Source: Eledone cirrhosa (Eukaryota). From it: DNA of 64,000 bases. Of the stretch, positions 14,155-28,126 are shown piece after piece. The stretch lies in assembly GCA_964016885.1 (NCBI GenBank), contig OZ024745.1, positions 37,200,001 to 37,264,000 on the forward strand, read 5' to 3'. The position numbers and the translations under genes were made by a program. The notes below the pieces were generated by a model. It was not told the origin of the DNA. It did no database searches and was given only the letters and a program-made list of their open reading frames with translations. Within the stretch, counting starts at the first letter, position 1. Every line of letters begins with the position of its first letter.

Positions 14155-14500
14155 ACTGGTTAAGAAGTTTGATTCGCAATCAGGTGATCCGGTTTCGATC
14201 CGATTGGGTAGCATCTTAAGCGTGTTATTATTATTATTATTTTTTTAACCACAGTCCGGGTTCGACTCACGTATTATGAGTGAAATAAGCTAGACGGAAA
14301 CTGCTTTAAATCCTCTATGATGGACTGTACCAGTAATTCAAAGGCCAGCAATGCAATTCTCTGTGTTACGGGGACTATATTATTGAGTTATGTTAAGGGT
14401 ACACGAGTCTGTGGAATGTTTGACTACTTACACTTTAATTTCACGAGCTGGCTATTCCGTTGTTGGAACAATTTGAATAATCTTAGTCTTAGCGGATGGA
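14155..14500 (+). mobile_element. SINE family 2 variant (others near 7430, 8185, 9170, 11338)
   Basis: tRNA-like head plus AAGGGTACACGAGTCTGTGGAATG..TTACACTTTAATTTCACGAG body. Confidence 0.55.
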
Positions 14501-15857
14501 TACCCATTCCATTTCAGACACAGCCATCATATATTTTAGGTAGTGAAGAAGTATGTGTGGAATTCAACACTTTCTCAAGTATATTACTGGTATAAGTGAA
14601 ATTTACTGGTATAATAGATTCAACATGGTATCAAAACATGACGTTGGCTCTTTTTATGATCTACAGCACTTACTTTACGATCCTCACCACAATAACAATC
14701 GCAACGTTTGCTAAGGTAAAACAACCACATGTGTTTTATAGAGTGTCAACTTACATTCTGGCTGAAAAAATAACAGTTTCTTAAATAACACTGTCTATTA
14801 AACTGTAAACAGGTACCACCCCCTCCATTCACCCCTCTGTTTTCCTATAGGCTAAGACCGTTATTTGTGCACATCAATGTGTGTTTCAATAGGCAGATAC
14901 CTTGCTATCGTCTGCCCTTCTCTGAGTGTGGTTGGCTAGTGCATCTTCTGTGAGAAGCTCTTCCACCCATTAACATGCTGCTTACACACCATCCTCTCCC
15001 AATATATTATGTGAAAATACGTTCCACGATCGTATATACATTAATGCTGTAGTTATTGCCACACTATATGACTGATAAGTATTTCGTTAACAAGTAAAGA
15101 TTAGTTCAAATCCTTCCATGAACGAAACTTTCAGTTCATTTAACGCTTGGAAAATTGACATGTCTTCCTGTATTTCTTCACTTTATTTCTTCCATTTTAT
15201 TTCTTCCCCGATTCCCTTGATAATCATCATACTCTTAGGAATGGACTGGGAGGGGTTGTTATGAAATGAGATTTAATAATTAGCCGTAACAGCTACGTCT
15301 GACCAACTTAAAAGTTTTGAAATGATCATCATTTCCAGTCTTGGTATGAATTAACTAAATTACAAGAAACGAACTAAATCCATGCGAAGGAAATAAGTAA
15401 TACACTTTTCATGAAAAAAACAAAACAAGCAAAAACAAAAACAAGCCAAAGCCATATTGATTAAGTTGATACGTATCTAAATGTTCACACTCCATTAAAG
15501 AATAGTGAAACATCTATTATCTATTAACAACTTAATCGTTGTTATCTCCAACGGCTATTTTGTTTTCGCAATTTTACATCTTAATAAGGAAGTCAAGATT
15601 GATTACTATATAGTAATCAGTATATGTTTGATTACTTTGTGAGCGATTATAATGTAGTTTGTATTGATTTCAGTTTCACACTTTACTTATGACTCTCATG
15701 ATTGAAACATTTTGCTTAATAAACCAAGATGTTCTATTACTGTTGCTATAACAGTAATTCTGCCCACTTATTGCAGAGAAAACATCGACATAATTATTGT
15801 TTAACCATTAATGTATATACATGCATACATATACACACACACACATACATACCTAAT

Positions 15858-15969
<112 letters not shown>

Positions 15970-16178
15970 TCGCGGGAGTGCTGAATGCATGAGGAGATGC
16001 AGAGTGGGTGTATATAATAGGGACATAAGTATAGTTCGACCGTATGCTAGTGTGGTTCAATGGCAAGTTAATAAATTAACAAGCCAGAACATATACAACC
16101 AGGGAGTGTATATAATATATATTTATATATTTTTTAGGATATTTTCTGTGTTTACACTCCCTGATTTTATATATATAT

Positions 16179-17023
16179 ATATAGAAAATTTAGTATATCT
16201 ACCAACATATGCGTACAGATGTACACTAATGCTAGCAAATACATAGGTTATGTCATAGTACCTAGGTGGTTCAATGCAGGAGGATGCAGAACAATAATAT
16301 GAAAGACGTAAAATAAGAAAATTTAAAAAAAAATTAAAAATTAACTTACTTACTAAAATTCTCGATGGTTATATTACGTAACTATCTTTATCCCATTACA
16401 GAAACTAATTAGTTGGAGTGAAAATTTTAGTAAGTAAGTTAATTTTTAATTTTTTTTAAATTTTCTTATTTTACGTCTTTCATATTATTGTTCTGCATCC
16501 TCCTCCATTGAACCACCTAGGTACTATGACATAACCTATGTATTTGCTAGCATTAGTGTACATCTGTACGCATATGTTGGTAGATATACTAAATTTTCTA
16601 TATTTATCTCCAAATTATTTATTTGTTGAGCAAACCTTCCAAACCCACTACTGATTCATTGGTGTGGTAGTAGGCCTTTGTCATCTTACCAACCCACTCC
16701 TTCCGACTAGCCTCAGTGTCACGTGATTGATTCTTTAGAATCTGCCATTTGACCAGAGACAGCGAACTTTTTCAGTGCATGGAATCCAGTCCCCGCTAGC
16801 TGTTCCATCCACCGAATTATTATTATTTTTATATGAGTCCCTAGTGTCCGCGCATTGCCTGGAGACTTAGCTGAGAATAGACTCCCTATTGACGTAATGA
16901 ATTCTCGATGGTTATATTACGTAACTATCTTTATCCCATTACAGAAACTAATTAGTTGGAGTGAAAATTTTAGTAAGTAAGTGAATTTTTAATTTTTTTT
17001 AAATTTTCTTATTTTACGTCTTT
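16179..17023 (+). mobile_element. Retrozyme-like non-coding element, family D (543-bp unit, partial tandem, inverted 5' arm)
   Basis: Inverted arms 16179-16360 / 16423-16603; direct repeat 16357-16480 / 16900-17023; (TA)n both sides. Confidence 0.82.
16881..16962 (+). ncRNA. Hammerhead-like fold with variant core CUAUUGA and extended stem II
   Basis: ACTCC-CTATTGA-C-GTAATG..GATGGTTA/TAACTATC..CATTAC-A-GAA-ACTAATTAGT-T^-GGAGT. Confidence 0.65.
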
Positions 17024-17049
17024 GATATATATATATATATATATATATA

Positions 17050-17092
<43 letters not shown>

Positions 17093-17174
17093 GGTAACAC
17101 AACAGTTATTTACCAGTTCTACCTAACTCGTCAGATGGACTGAGTGCTCTTACGGATATTACCTTCCAGTGTAC

Positions 17175-17253
<79 letters not shown>

Positions 17254-18042
17254 AGATTCAGCGAGAATCGCATTTCGGTGGGCAGGAAAAGCGAAGCGAA
17301 GCGCAAAAATATAGGGTGGGTGGAAGGAAACTCCATATTTAAAATTGTTAATAACTTTATAAATTATTAGTCGATTTTCATATAACATGTTTTATGTTGG
17401 ACAGTATAATGGTAGAAGTACAGTATAGTGTTAAAATTCTACATAGGCAATTCTACATGTGTTGTCTACCAGTGTTGTCCACCAGTGTTTGTAATCGTCT
17501 GGGTATATCGTCGTCTGACTTTTTTTAGGACAATATGACAAGTTCATATTGACGCTAGAAATAGCACACATTATACCTCACCTTATTCTTTTTGTACATC
17601 TACATCTATTCAACAATCCAAACGCTGGGAATTACCATCAAGAACTGGATACATAAAACTCAAATCACACACATACACACACAAACACATATTTTATATT
17701 ATATATATATATATGTGTTTGTATGTATGTATATATATATCCAACCAACTACGTCAATTTTCTTGTGAAACTTTGATATGTATTTATGTATATATTCATT
17801 TAGATGTCTGTGTGTTCCTGTGATTGTTCGTTAGATGAATGTTTGAAACAGATACACAAATAAAGTACTCAATAAAATGAATCCCATACTTTCCTTTTAT
17901 TTCATTGCTTTACACTACCATATTCTTTGAACACTCAAATGAAGCAATCCTGCTGATAGTACCCCCTTTTCGTGCTGATGCTAATAGTGTAAGTAAGGTA
18001 TCTGTCTACATGACTTTACCACACTCCCCTCACTCACACATT

Positions 18043-18074
<32 letters not shown>

Positions 18075-18076
18075 CG

Positions 18077-18273
18077 TACGTTATTCCGGGTTGAATCGGA
18101 GGTAACCACAGTAAGTAAGGTACTCAATACATTGCAGAGTATAAAAGTTTTTAATATAGATGAGATTCTACAGGACTAGAACTGTTTCATTCTTTAGAAA
18201 TCATCAGGAATCCCTGATGATTTCTAAAGAATGAAACAGTTCTAGTCCTGTAGAATCTCATCTATATTAAAAC
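18077..18273 (-). mobile_element. Fold-back hammerhead mini-element, family A
   Basis: Inverted arms around 18209-18212; minus-strand hammerhead 18164-18212 (GATTC-CTGATGA-TTTCTAAAGAAT-GAA-ACAG..CTGT-A-GAATC); tail homologous to 2308-2375. Confidence 0.85.
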
Positions 18274-18425
18274 TATATATATATATATATATATATATAA
18301 ACATGAGAAGAAAGAAGATACTGCGTGGTTTGCACATGGGTTACATATGATAAAAATAGTCCTTCGTCAGTGATTTTCCAACCATCATTGGTATTTCATC
18401 GCATTAAAATCAGATACCTCAGGAT

Positions 18426-19559
18426 GTTGGCCATGTTGAGGCCCAAATCTTTGCCCAGTACACCGGCCCCACGCCCGAACTGTACGGTCGTTACATTGAC
18501 GACTGTATCGGAGCCACGACCCTCACCCGAGTACAGCTCGACTCCTTTCTCTCCTTCTTCTGCTCCTTCACCCCTCCCTCCACTTCACCACCTCTATCTC
18601 CACCACCCACGTCCACTTCTTGGACATCTCCGTCGCCTTCGACCCCTCCCACCACTCCCTCGTCACCTCCACCTTCTTCAAACCCACCGACTCCCACTCT
18701 TACCTCGACTTCACCTCTTCCCACCCCACCCACACTAAACTCTCCATTCCCTACTCCCAACTTCTCAGGATCCGCCGCCTCTGTAGCCGAGATGCTGACT
18801 TCGAGTCCCAGGTCCTTTCCCTAGTCAGCTTTTTCATCCGCAGTGGTTACCCCCCCCTCTCTCGTCTACACCGCTCTCACCCGCGCCTGTGCTGTCCCCC
18901 GCTCCACCACCCTCACCCCACGCCACCGCACACCCACCCACCGTCTCCTCTTCCCCATCACCTACCACCCCTCCACCTTACCCCTCCACCGCACCATCCG
19001 CCGCCTCTTCCGACGCCTCCAGTCCGACCCCTCCACCTCCCACATCTTCCCAACTCCACCACTCCCCTCCTTCAAACGCGCACGCAATCTCCGCACCCTC
19101 CTCGTCCACAGCTCCCTACCCCCCAACCCACGCCCCCCCCCCGGTTCCTTCCCCTGTTCTAGGCCCCGCTGCAACACCTGTCCCCACATCACCAACACCA
19201 CCACCTTCCAGGGTCCCAACGGCCACTCTCTCTCGGTCCGGCATGCCTTCCGCTGCACCTCCTCCAACCTAGTCTATGGACTTCGTTGCACGGAGTGCAG
19301 CGCGACTTATGTCGGACAGACGGGACGTCGCCTGGCGGACCCAGTCACGGAGCACCTCCGGGATATTCGTCTCGGGGGCAGTTCCCCCATCGCCCGCCAC
19401 TTTGGTGGCCCTGGACACTCCGCACGCCATTTCACAGTCTGTGGCCTACTCCAGTGCCACGGAACACCCGCCCATCGCCTTACGGTCGAACAACACACTA
19501 TCTTCATCTTACAGACCCACACTCCCCCCGGCCTGAACTCCCCACCCTTATTCCTTTAG
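18426..19559 (+). pseudogene. PLE RT C-terminal half + GIY-YIG endonuclease, two frameshifts (near 18570 and in the C-run near 18850)
   Basis: Three overlapping frames (YIDD frame, ORF 18620-19162, ORF 18843-19559) join into a typical PLE RT-thumb-EN sequence; stop at 19559. Confidence 0.88.
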
Positions 19560-20883
19560 CGTTCGACCCCCCCCCCCCACACTTATCCCCCACTAACACC
19601 ACTAACACACCCCTCCTTTTCACCGCCCACCCCACACTAACAATACTAACACCTCCACTCCACCCCTCATCTGACCACCCTTCCCAACTAACATACTAAC
19701 ATCCCTTCCCTCCCCTCTTCTCCTCCTCCCCCTTCCTTATCACACGCACACACGCACCCACTTACACCACCCACCCCACACGCAACTAACATCACTAACA
19801 TCCTCCAACCCCACGCACACGTACCCACACACCCTCGTACACCACCAACTCTACACACCCAACCCCCACTAACCCCCACTCACACCTGCATTCCACCCAC
19901 TAACACCTCTTCACCATACTACACACACACCAGTACACCACACTCCCTCCATAGAACCACACACACCCTTCACTCCCCGCTCCACACTCACTCATCCCAC
20001 TAACACCCCTACTAATACACACACACACACACACACCCTCCTCACTCCAACTCTCACACCTACCCATCCTCGCCTCCCTACCATTCCGCCGACTGCTGCT
20101 ATGCCCTTCCCACCACCTCTCAGCACCAACTGACCACAGCACTCCTACTGCTGACCACTTCCTGTTGCGCGCGCACCCCACATCTCTCCTCTTCCGACCA
20201 CCGCTTCTTGGATTACCCACACGCGAATTTGACTTCTAACCAAAAACTCCAAACATCGGTGTAACTTACCAACTTTTCAACCATCCTCTTACACCATCAC
20301 CTATATAACTCACCCACACACACACCCCAACAACATTTTTTTTATCCACACGCCACCCACACCCACAACACGCTTAAACCACACACACGTGCTTCCCACC
20401 ACATATTTACACCCTCAGCCTCCTGATTCCTCTCCCCCCACCCCCTATCCACACACGCACAGACACTCCGACCCACAAAAACACCCCCCACACACACCTT
20501 CCTGAACATGCAACCCCGTTCTTCCCCCAACCCTCACTTTCACATACACACACACACACACACACGCACACCTAACCACACACACCACCTTCAGCCCTCC
20601 CCGCTCGGACACCACGTCTCCCTCTCCCCACTCCACCCGCCACCACCCCTACTCACCCCACACCCTTCCACCACCTGTTTACCCCCCTTTTAATTTCAGT
20701 TTATTTTGATCATGCCTTTATTTTTAAATTTTCTCTTTCCTTGTATTTTGATCATGCTTTATTTTTATTTATTATATTTTTTGTCTTTATTTGTTAATTT
20801 TTCATTCGCACCGTTTCCTTTCGCTATATGTCTCTCCCCCACTCCCCTACACACCTTTTGAACTCTGTTCCCACACACTTCTC

Positions 20884-20915
20884 ACCTGAAGAAGGGCTTA
20901 TGCCCGAAACGTCGT
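20884..20915 (+). ncRNA. Minimal type-I hammerhead ribozyme in PLE1 pLTR
   Basis: AC-CTGAAGA-A-GGGC-TTAT-GCCC-GAAAC-GTC^GT: canonical core, 4-bp stem II, palindromic ACGT stem III, very short stem I. Confidence 0.75.
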
Positions 20916-21003
20916 CCCCCACCTACCCCCCACTCTCCTGAGCGTGAATTTAATAAACATTTATCGTACTGCCTCTCTGTTCTGTCCCTGTTCAATTTTT
21001 CAT

Positions 21004-21511
<508 letters not shown>

Positions 21512-21512
<1 letters not shown>

Positions 21513-22079
21513 TTACAACCTACCACCTTTCACACCCTTTGATTTCCAGCTTCTACAGCCCACTATCTTTCACACACACACACACTCACACATATACACA
21601 CTTACACTTATACACACACAGTTACACACACATATATATTTACACACACATATCTTACGGCTTTCACACGCTACCGCACCCTCTTGATTTAACCCATTCG
21701 GTCAGTAGCTTTTGCCACAGCCTATCACGCGCACGCGCATTCTTTCCATCGTTTAAATTTTAAATAATTTTTCTCCCCATAACGGCATTCCTGTCTTAAC
21801 GACATCACAACTTTCTCCGCTTGGCCTGTTCCCCCCCCCCTTTTGGAACTTTCCCCCGTTGATGGGCGTGAGCCCGAAATATTGGGATTAAATCTCTACT
21901 ACGGTAACCCTTCTACCTTTGTTTTGTTTTCATCTTTGTCTTTCTCAATTTTCAGTTTCACCTGTTTTTCCTATCTATCTTTCACTTCCTACCTCGAGAT
22001 TTCCCTCTGCATTGTTGTGGCTTTCTTAAATACGTATTTTACACATTTCACAATGCTTCAAGCAAACTTTAACACCCTC
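21512..22079 (+). repeat. PLE2 5' pseudo-LTR (includes first 9 codons)
   Basis: Nearly identical to 24964-25531 (offset 3452). Confidence 0.93.
21852..21887 (+). ncRNA. Hammerhead-like motif with variant core (CCGUUGA) in PLE2 5' pLTR
   Basis: TCCC-CCGTTGA-T-GGGC-GTGA-GCCC-GAAATATT^-GGGA: stems I and II pair perfectly, stem III is palindromic AATATT. Confidence 0.65.
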
Positions 22080-24696
22080 TTATCATTACACCTGAGCCAG
22101 GACTTGTTTGCACCCATAAGGGACCTATTCAGACTATCGGAGAATCGTGCCAAACTCGGTTGCCAAATTACCTTCTTAAAACGCTGCCTAAAGTACAACA
22201 TCATTCCAACCACCATCAGGAATATACATCTACCCGAATGTTTACGATCACCATCCTTCGAAAACACCATCCGCCACATTCAACGCACGTTTATCAAGAA
22301 AATACTACGACACAACCACCACCAACTGCTGCGACTCCATATACAAACGCTTTCCGAGCACATAGATCGTATAGCTCCAACCCTCACCCCTGACTACCAA
22401 GTCCAGGAAATACGCAAAGCTATAGATCAGTGTTACCACACCAGAGTCAAATATGATAAACAGCTCCTTATACGGAAATACGAATGGACTGTAAACAAAT
22501 ACTACAATGACAACATCCGCTCCCACAGACGGACCGACTACAACCACACCAGGGGCAACAGCTATACAACACCCTCCGCTACACCCCCCAACACCGATCT
22601 ACCTACCAACGATGCTTCACACCTCGTTACCGACTTAACCGGTACCCTCACCAACGACGAACTCGAACTTCTGCGCCTCGGACCCAAGTTCATCATTACA
22701 CAGCGTCTCGATGATAGACTGAAACTCGACATCGAAACCAACTTCTGTCGGACAGCATATCAACTGAAATGGCTAACCGCCATCCAAAACAACACCGAGA
22801 TCGATTACAACCCCACAACCCACCCCACACTCCCCACGTATCACCTCGACAACCCACTCCACCCCCCCACCCACCAACCACGAACTTGACACTAAACTAC
22901 TCAGGTTGAAACATTCTATCTCTAACATCCTTTCCCAACACACACACACACACAATAAACGCAACCTCACCAATGCACAATTTAATACTCTCACCAACCT
23001 AAGATCCAGGAACCTTGTGTACCTTCCCTCTGACAAGGGGAAAGAATTCTGTGTCATCTCGAGAGAGACCTACAACAACTTAGCTCTCCAACATCTTAAT
23101 GACCACAGCCTCTACTCGAAAGTCACAGGGACCTCCTCGACTCTAATCGAGGAAGGCATTAACACCAAATGGACTAACATCTGTGTCCAACGAAAACTGC
23201 CAAAGAAGGTAAAAAACAACATAATGACTCGAAACAGCAAATTACCCACCTTCTACCACCTGGTCAAAACACATAAACAAGGACCCGATTTGAAAATCAG
23301 GCCCATTATCTCTAGCGTGGAGGGCCCACTCTACAAAATATCGTGGCTGCTCTCCACACTACTGAAACCTATTCTACACACACTACCAGCCCACGTCTGA
23401 AGCTCAAAGGAAGTCTTGGAGCGACTACACCATCTGGCGCCCAACACCAGAAAGGACAACGGTTATGCCTTCAGTCTTGATGTGGTCGCCCTTTATACCT
23501 CCGTACCAGCATCCCCACCTGTCGACCTGTTGACCGAACGAGTCCGAGCATCTAACTTACACTGCTTCGGACTCACACACACGGACATCCACCAACTCCT
23601 CTCCTTCGTTGTGGATAATGCACTCTTCAATTTCCTCGGCCACACGTACAAACAAATCTCTGGGCTACCTATGGGCTCTAGTCTGTCCGGCATACTTGCG
23701 ATCTCGTACATGGACCACCTGGAACGCAAGGCACTCAATACCTGCCAACCCAACGCCGTCGCCTTCTACTCCAGATACGTTGATGATATCCTGATACTTA
23801 CTTCTTCCCGGGAGATGGCGAATGAAATTCACCAAATCTTCAACGATACTGACCATCACGTCGATTTCACCATCGAACACCCAGGAGAAGACGGGTCACT
23901 CGCCCTCCTCGACTTCCGTATCAACATCTCGGAAGAAGGAGACATAAACATCACCTTCTACCGCAAAGCAGCGTGCAAGGACTTATTTGTGCATTATAAC
24001 TCAGCCCTCCCCAACAACGCTAAGAGAGGCTATGTCCAAAATGAACTGACACGGATCACTAACAGATGCAGCGACCCGATGGGTGGTCTCACCCATACCA
24101 CGCAATTCCGTAATCTACTCAGATCTAATGGTTATCCCAAGCGACTGATTAACGGAATTAGAGACCCCAGACCCAATAGACAGACACCCACTAGAAAATT
24201 AAATAATAGCAGGTGCTTCTTTAAAATCCCCCACCTGAGTGAATATACCACGAACGCCATCCGCAGGGCCATACGGACGGAGGGACTTGACATACATTTG
24301 GCCCACACAGGACCTTCGCTGCGAAGATGCCTCTCCAACAAACCCGACGAGTCAGATGGGACGTGTTCCCTCAGCAACTGCCCGATACGGGGGGCAGATT
24401 GCCTACGCACCTATGTCGTATATAAGATTCAATGCGATAAATGTAACAAGTTTTACATAGGTAGTACCATCCGACCCCTACATGTTCGTATCAAGGAACA
24501 TATCAACACCAACGCATCTTCCTTCCGTAAACACATCCTTAAATGCGGAAACCCACAGGGTAGACCCTTGGTCACAGTCCTAGCGACTGAACGCAGCATC
24601 GGATCCTTAAGGATAAAGGAAGCACTTGTTATTAAGAACCTCAGACCCCCACTTAACAACCGGGCTGAGAGAAATGAGCTGACATGGCTAACTTAA
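22053..24696 (+). pseudogene. PLE2 reverse transcriptase/GIY-YIG protein (~880 aa if repaired); one +1 C in the C7 run 22862-22868 and one in-frame TGA at 23398-23400
   Basis: [118 protein letters not shown]. Confidence 0.93.
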
Positions 24697-24963
24697 CCAT
24701 AGTGACCATTCACAACCTACGGCCTGCTATCTTCACACACACGCACGTATATGCATACCCATACGCATACACACACACATCTATATTTATACACGCACAC
24801 ATGTTTTTACAACCTACCACCTTTCACACCCTTTGATTTCCAGCTTCTACAGCCCACTATCTTTCACACACAAACGCACTCACACATATACACACACAGT
24901 TACACACACATGTATACCCATACGCTTACACACACACATCTATATTTATACACGCACACATGT

Positions 24964-26166
<1,203 letters not shown>

Positions 26167-26587
26167 TTTAATACAATAACAGAGAAAGCTTTAAGCTAAA
26201 CTCTGACTGGTAACCATCTCACTCAACAAACATTAGGATATACGTTAGTATAATCTCAATTTTGTGTTTGGGGTGCTAACTATATGTACTTTGTGGAAAG
26301 CCAGTTGTATTATTTTATATGAGATATAATTAAAATTAAAATATATCTCTCTTTCCAAACAATTGTTTCATTATAAGTTTTCTACAAGTTGGGAGAATGT
26401 TTCCGGTTTATGTAGAAGCCTAACATATTTTTCTATAAGAACATATGCAGGTGGGCACTTATAAATCATCAGTGGATGCCCATTAAACTTTGATATAAGA
26501 AAAAATTTTTTACCGCAGTTATTTTTCGTGTCCGCTAAGTCGTCCCCTCACGCATCAAATGACCGCCAAATTTGAAATTCCAGCAGT

Positions 26588-26678
<91 letters not shown>

Positions 26679-26682
<4 letters not shown>

Positions 26683-26743
26683 CTGATGATTTCTAAAGAA
26701 TGAAACAGTTCTAGTCCTGTAGAATCTCATCTATATTAAAACT
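26679..26743 (+). mobile_element. Solo hammerhead arm of family A inside (TA)n
   Basis: Identical to the 18213-18273 arm; hammerhead 26679-26725. Confidence 0.8.
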
Positions 26744-26762
26744 TATATACATATATATATAT

Positions 26763-27232
26763 ATGGTGGCTGCCAACTCGTTTTCGAGTACGGCCACTAC
26801 TTTATATCCATGTAGGAGAACCCCTACCGATGCGCTCAACGAGTGTGACTTTTTACTCCAGCCAGCGACTTGAAAACTCTGGTACAAACACTACACTTGT
26901 GACAATTATTGACACATAGTGCTGGGCCCATGGTACCATGTGACGACAAGTGCAGAGATCTCCAGATATAAAGCAATGCCTGTGCCGTGAAGCTTTTATA
27001 GTGAGCAAAGGCACTGCACAAAGCCAGTCCAACTCTCTTAACCAAGATGATATTTACCAAAAAGAAGAACAAGTCAACATCATTAGATACCATCAGGATA
27101 GCAGGTGTTATATCAGAGTTTTCCTTCTCCTTGAATTCTGCCTTGACAAAGGCTAAGGGGTCATCTCTCCCGGTGATTTTGGATGGCCATTGACTCTTAA
27201 GAGCTCCTTTGCCCTTTGACAGGTTTTGTTTT
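26763..27232 (-). mobile_element. RTE-derived bipartite non-autonomous element (5'-truncated)
   Basis: 3' end encodes HKCSVCTRVFKSLAGVKSHTR (C2H2 of an RTE ORF end); shared with three other copies. Confidence 0.8.
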
Positions 27233-27361
27233 GTATATATATATACATACATACATATAATATATATATGATGTATATATATATGTATATATATATATAT
27301 ATATACATTTATATACATATATATATACATATATACATACATATAATATATATATATGATG

Positions 27362-27392
<31 letters not shown>

Positions 27393-27579
27393 ATGTGTAA
27401 AACACATGCACACACAAACACACGAACGAACGAAACAATCGACATGTACTATATAACCAAAGCAAAGATGTAGAAGAATATACTCTAATACAGAGAGATA
27501 ACGATAACAATAACAACAAAAAGAAAGTAAATAAATAAGTAAATAGACGAATGAACGAATGAAGCTGAACGAACGAAAC

Positions 27580-28126
27580 GAAACTCTGACGTACGCCCAT
27601 AAATGTAAGTTAACTTCCCGCAGACCACGTAAACATTTAGTAGGCATACACACATTCTCTCTTATTTTATTTATTTATATATTTATTTATTTATTTATTT
27701 ATTTATTATTATTTTTTAAATTTAAAACTATCTTGAAAACAGGAAGTAATCAGAGGTAGAACGGCCATTAGCGATATGATGGATGCTGAAGTATGAATTG
27801 ATCCAAGTTTTTTTTTAGCTGTTTCCATTGTTTCGGTTCGTTTCAGGTGTTACGGCTAAACGAAGTCTCCATCGGCATACTTCCGTTTCTGCTTTTTTTT
27901 TTTTGTTTTATTTGTTATTTTTTGTTATTTTTCTTTTTCTTCCTGAGGTTTATTTCTTCTTCTCCTCCTCCACTTCCTCCTCCCAGCACTGTCTCTGGTG
28001 CAGTAACAATAGCGGATCGAGGACACGTGACCAATGATGGGAACATGGCGGCTTGTCTGCCAACGGCCGACACGCGCCATCGTAGATGGGGTTGGAGAAG
28101 AGAAAAGCAAAAGCGGTCAGGGTAGG
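27580..28126 (+). promoter_or_regulatory. Candidate Pol II promoter / first exon
   Basis: CpG-rich patch with TGACGT (27587), ETS CAGGAAGT (27740) and ACTTCCG (27879), CACGTGACCAAT (28024-28035), YY1-like AACATGGCGGC (28042-28052), possible donor GTAGG (28122). Confidence 0.45.

Larger units (their letters stand above)
18426..21003 (+). mobile_element. Penelope-like retroelement 1 (5'-truncated; Neptune-like Cys-rich linker), with long C-rich 3' region ending in a hammerhead-bearing pLTR, followed by (TA)n
   Basis: Reads VGHVEAQIFAQYTGPTPELYGRYIDDCIG (YIDD at 18492-18503), FLDISV, KPTDSHSYLDFTSSHP, SIPYSQLLRIRRLCS, GYPP, CSRPRCNTC, NLVYGLRCTECSATYVGQTGRRL, EH, RHF, GLN. Hammerhead at 20884-20915, AATAAA near 20952. 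Confidence 0.92.

Noticed and set aside
22862-22868. Programmed frameshift between two PLE2 ORFs
   Set aside because: PLEs have a single ORF; one extra C in a homopolymer is more likely slippage or sequencing error.
23398-23400. In-frame TGA in PLE2 as possible selenocysteine (known in some Naiad PLEs)
   Set aside because: Not at a Cys-like position (LPAHV*SSKE), no SECIS recognised, the endonuclease is C-terminal, and a CGA>TGA transition explains it simply.
26836-26900. C2H2 zinc-finger gene exon (CSVCTRVFKSLAGVKSH)
   Set aside because: Occurs in four dispersed repeat copies; it is the end of an RTE ORF, not a host ZNF gene.
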